NCBI GenBank assembly: GCA_024704765.1
Contig: JAKMXF010000313.1
Coordinates: forward strand, 217,450-281,449
Length of the DNA: 64,000 bases
From: Oopsacas minuta
Taxonomy: Eukaryota; Animalia; Porifera
Direction of reading: 5' to 3'
Made by a program: the position numbers and the translations under genes
Shown: piece after piece, positions 61,699-64,000 of the stretch
Layout of the letters: each line of letters begins with the position of its first letter
Position numbering within the stretch: the first letter of the stretch is position 1
The notes under the pieces: model-generated
Database searches by the model: none
What the model was told of the DNA's origin: nothing
Seen by the model: the letters and a program-made list of their open reading frames with translations, nothing else

Positions 61699-64000
61699 AC
61701 TATTATCAACACTAATTCTATTAGTAACAGTATGTGTATATCTTTTCTTAAACCTTAGTATTGCAATAATCACAATACTCAAGGTATGGTAACAACATTT
61801 GTAAATATTGCATCGTCCACTTGACTGGTATAATTGTTGTTAAATCACAAACGACGGCAATAGCATTGTTGTTATAGAAAGGTCCACTGAAAGATCAAAT
61901 ACACATTTATTCGACTACTCTGTCTATCTCCTAGATTCCATTACCACATGGCTTCAGTCTGTATAGCAGCAATGTTGATTATTAGGATACATTAATAGAT
62001 TCGTGAATAGCACCATTCAGCATAAGTTAGGCATGATGTTTTGCAGAAATTGGTCCCCCCATTAGTGATTACTTAATAGGCTTTAGGCTAAATAGGAGGC
62101 AATTAGTTGACCAACCCAAGAGGAGCCTGCAAAATCTAGAACAAACTTCCATGTTTTATAGTTCGGATTAGCGAGGTGGTAATTCTCCATTGGATTAGTG
62201 TTATTTCACTAATCCGAACAGTTTGTGTTTTCATTGACACAAGACTGTTCGGATTAGCATAAAGTATGAATGGCCTACTATTATGTCTAAAGCTTATTAA
62301 GTAATCACTAATGGGGGGGGGGACCAGATTTGTAGGGGGAACATTTTTGTCAATTATTTGTGGAATCTATAAAGTGCTGTGTTAACCGCAATTTAACCAC
62401 AATCAGTAGTTAAACAGGGGCCCCAAATTCTACAAGAAATTTGAAATTTGCAGAAACTGGTCCTCCGGACCAGTTTTACAGGGGGATCAATTTCTGCAAA
62501 ACAACGTTATGCTTATTGTGGTTATACTACAATAATCAATATTATTCAAACGCGATTAATCTATAATTCTATATAATAATAATAATAATGATAAATATAA
62601 TAATAAAAATTTAGTGCACACCCCCAAGACTGATTTTTGCCATACAGGGGTATTCGGGCCTGACTCGGACAGGTTTGAGTCTTAGACGAAAATTCACACC
62701 TGACGAAATTATGATGCCATTGCCACCTTTTTGGATTTTCTTAAAATCACATGATTAGCCACACTGCTCAGCGACCTAGCAAGCGAAGGGCGCTAGTGTT
62801 AAATAACTAGCTTGTTTCGAAGATACTCATCTGCGAATATAAGTATTAAATAAAGATATGTATTAAAATTAAAAAAATTGCCGAGGAGGGAGATTAAATG
62901 GTGCGGGCGGAGATGATAAACAAGTATATTATTTTATATGGCCTTATAGCTAATTTATTCGAAAAAGATTCGTTGAAATTTACCCATTTTGCAATGTCGA
63001 AACAAATATTAACAGCAATTTTTTATTTTTTTGACGTAAAAATCCTAGTTAGGTGTCACAATTTGATGACTTAAAATTAAATTCGAACAGTGTGCTAATG
63101 TCCAAAACTGGGAAAAATACCAGTGAACGCCGGTATTTTCCCAGTTTATGAAAATTGAATATATGAATTAGCCCAATTTCAGTGACAAATATCAACAAAA
63201 AATTTCTAACAAAATTCCAACACAATGAAAAATAAATTTTTGGGAAATTTAAAGAAAAAACTCAATTGACAGGTTTTTGTTAAAAATCGGACAGAAGCCG
63301 ATTTCAGTTTAAATTTCTTTTGGAAAAACATAGCAGAGACTTCGTCTCTGCATTTTCTATTAAGGAAAAGTATCGATTGTGAAATCTCGATATCGATTGC
63401 TCAAATTTGATCGATTGGATAGACTTCGTCGGAGTGTAGGACATTTTAGATATTTTTTCATAACCGATATATCAGTGCCAAACCTTGTCAGCATGAATTT
63501 TCCTATAATTATAGGGATCACATAACCATGTTTGGAAAATCTTTCTAAAAAATGGTTCAAACTCGATTTGAGATATTTTCCTCCTTGTTAAGACAGTCGG
63601 CCCTTGGAGTGATAACAAACGAAAGCCACCACCGATATATCGTAAACCTTCTGGCTCAGGACTACTATACATTTATTCGAGTGAAATGTACCAGTTTATT
63701 ATTAGTTATTAACTGCGATTATAGAATTGTACAATACGTACCCACTTCCTTTTATCCATGGTCCAGTGAAAACAAGCCTTGTATGTAAAAAAATTGTGCG
63801 ATTTTTCATATTAAAGCTTGCCATACAACTAGATGTATTCTTTCTAAGGATTTTCAGATTTGGGGTCATCACCAATATGACAGTCCAACTGGTTTCATTC
63901 ATTTTAATATGTCACTTTGTGACACATTTTGAAATATTAATATAGTACATATACTAATATTTGTACATTTTACTGTATAAAATAGAAAAACTCAATTTTC

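Noticed and set aside
1-64000. tRNA, rRNA, snRNA or spliced-leader RNA genes
   Set aside because: None recognised by eye; a covariance-model scan (tRNAscan-SE, Infernal/Rfam) would be needed to exclude them.

Overview
AT-rich eukaryotic (animal-type) genomic DNA. The degenerate-RING TRAF-like genes and the mostly intronless gene set are reminiscent of a glass sponge such as Oopsacas; this is an inference from recalled family resemblance, not a database result. Host genes: a divergent PNPOx-fold protein, a His/Pro/Tyr-rich orphan, GID4, a 7-exon TIMELESS (22014-49849, about 1287 aa) whose introns contain three intronless genes (AGC/RSKR-like kinase, MATE transporter, SAM-domain protein), ARL2BP, NTHL1, a divergent actin and an inverted pair of TRAF-like pseudogenes. 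The first 21 kb is a pile-up of transposon relics: Tc1/mariner, Chapaev-type, two hAT elements, a full-length MULE with TIRs and a 10-bp TSD, an L2/CR1-type LINE and Helitron-like repeats. The most notable relic is a frameshifted RAG1-like transposase (5657-7506) with an NBD-like N-terminus, the D/D/E triad, Zn ligands and a CxxC-GH-C tail. No tRNA, rRNA or CRISPR array was recognised. All alignments were done by eye.
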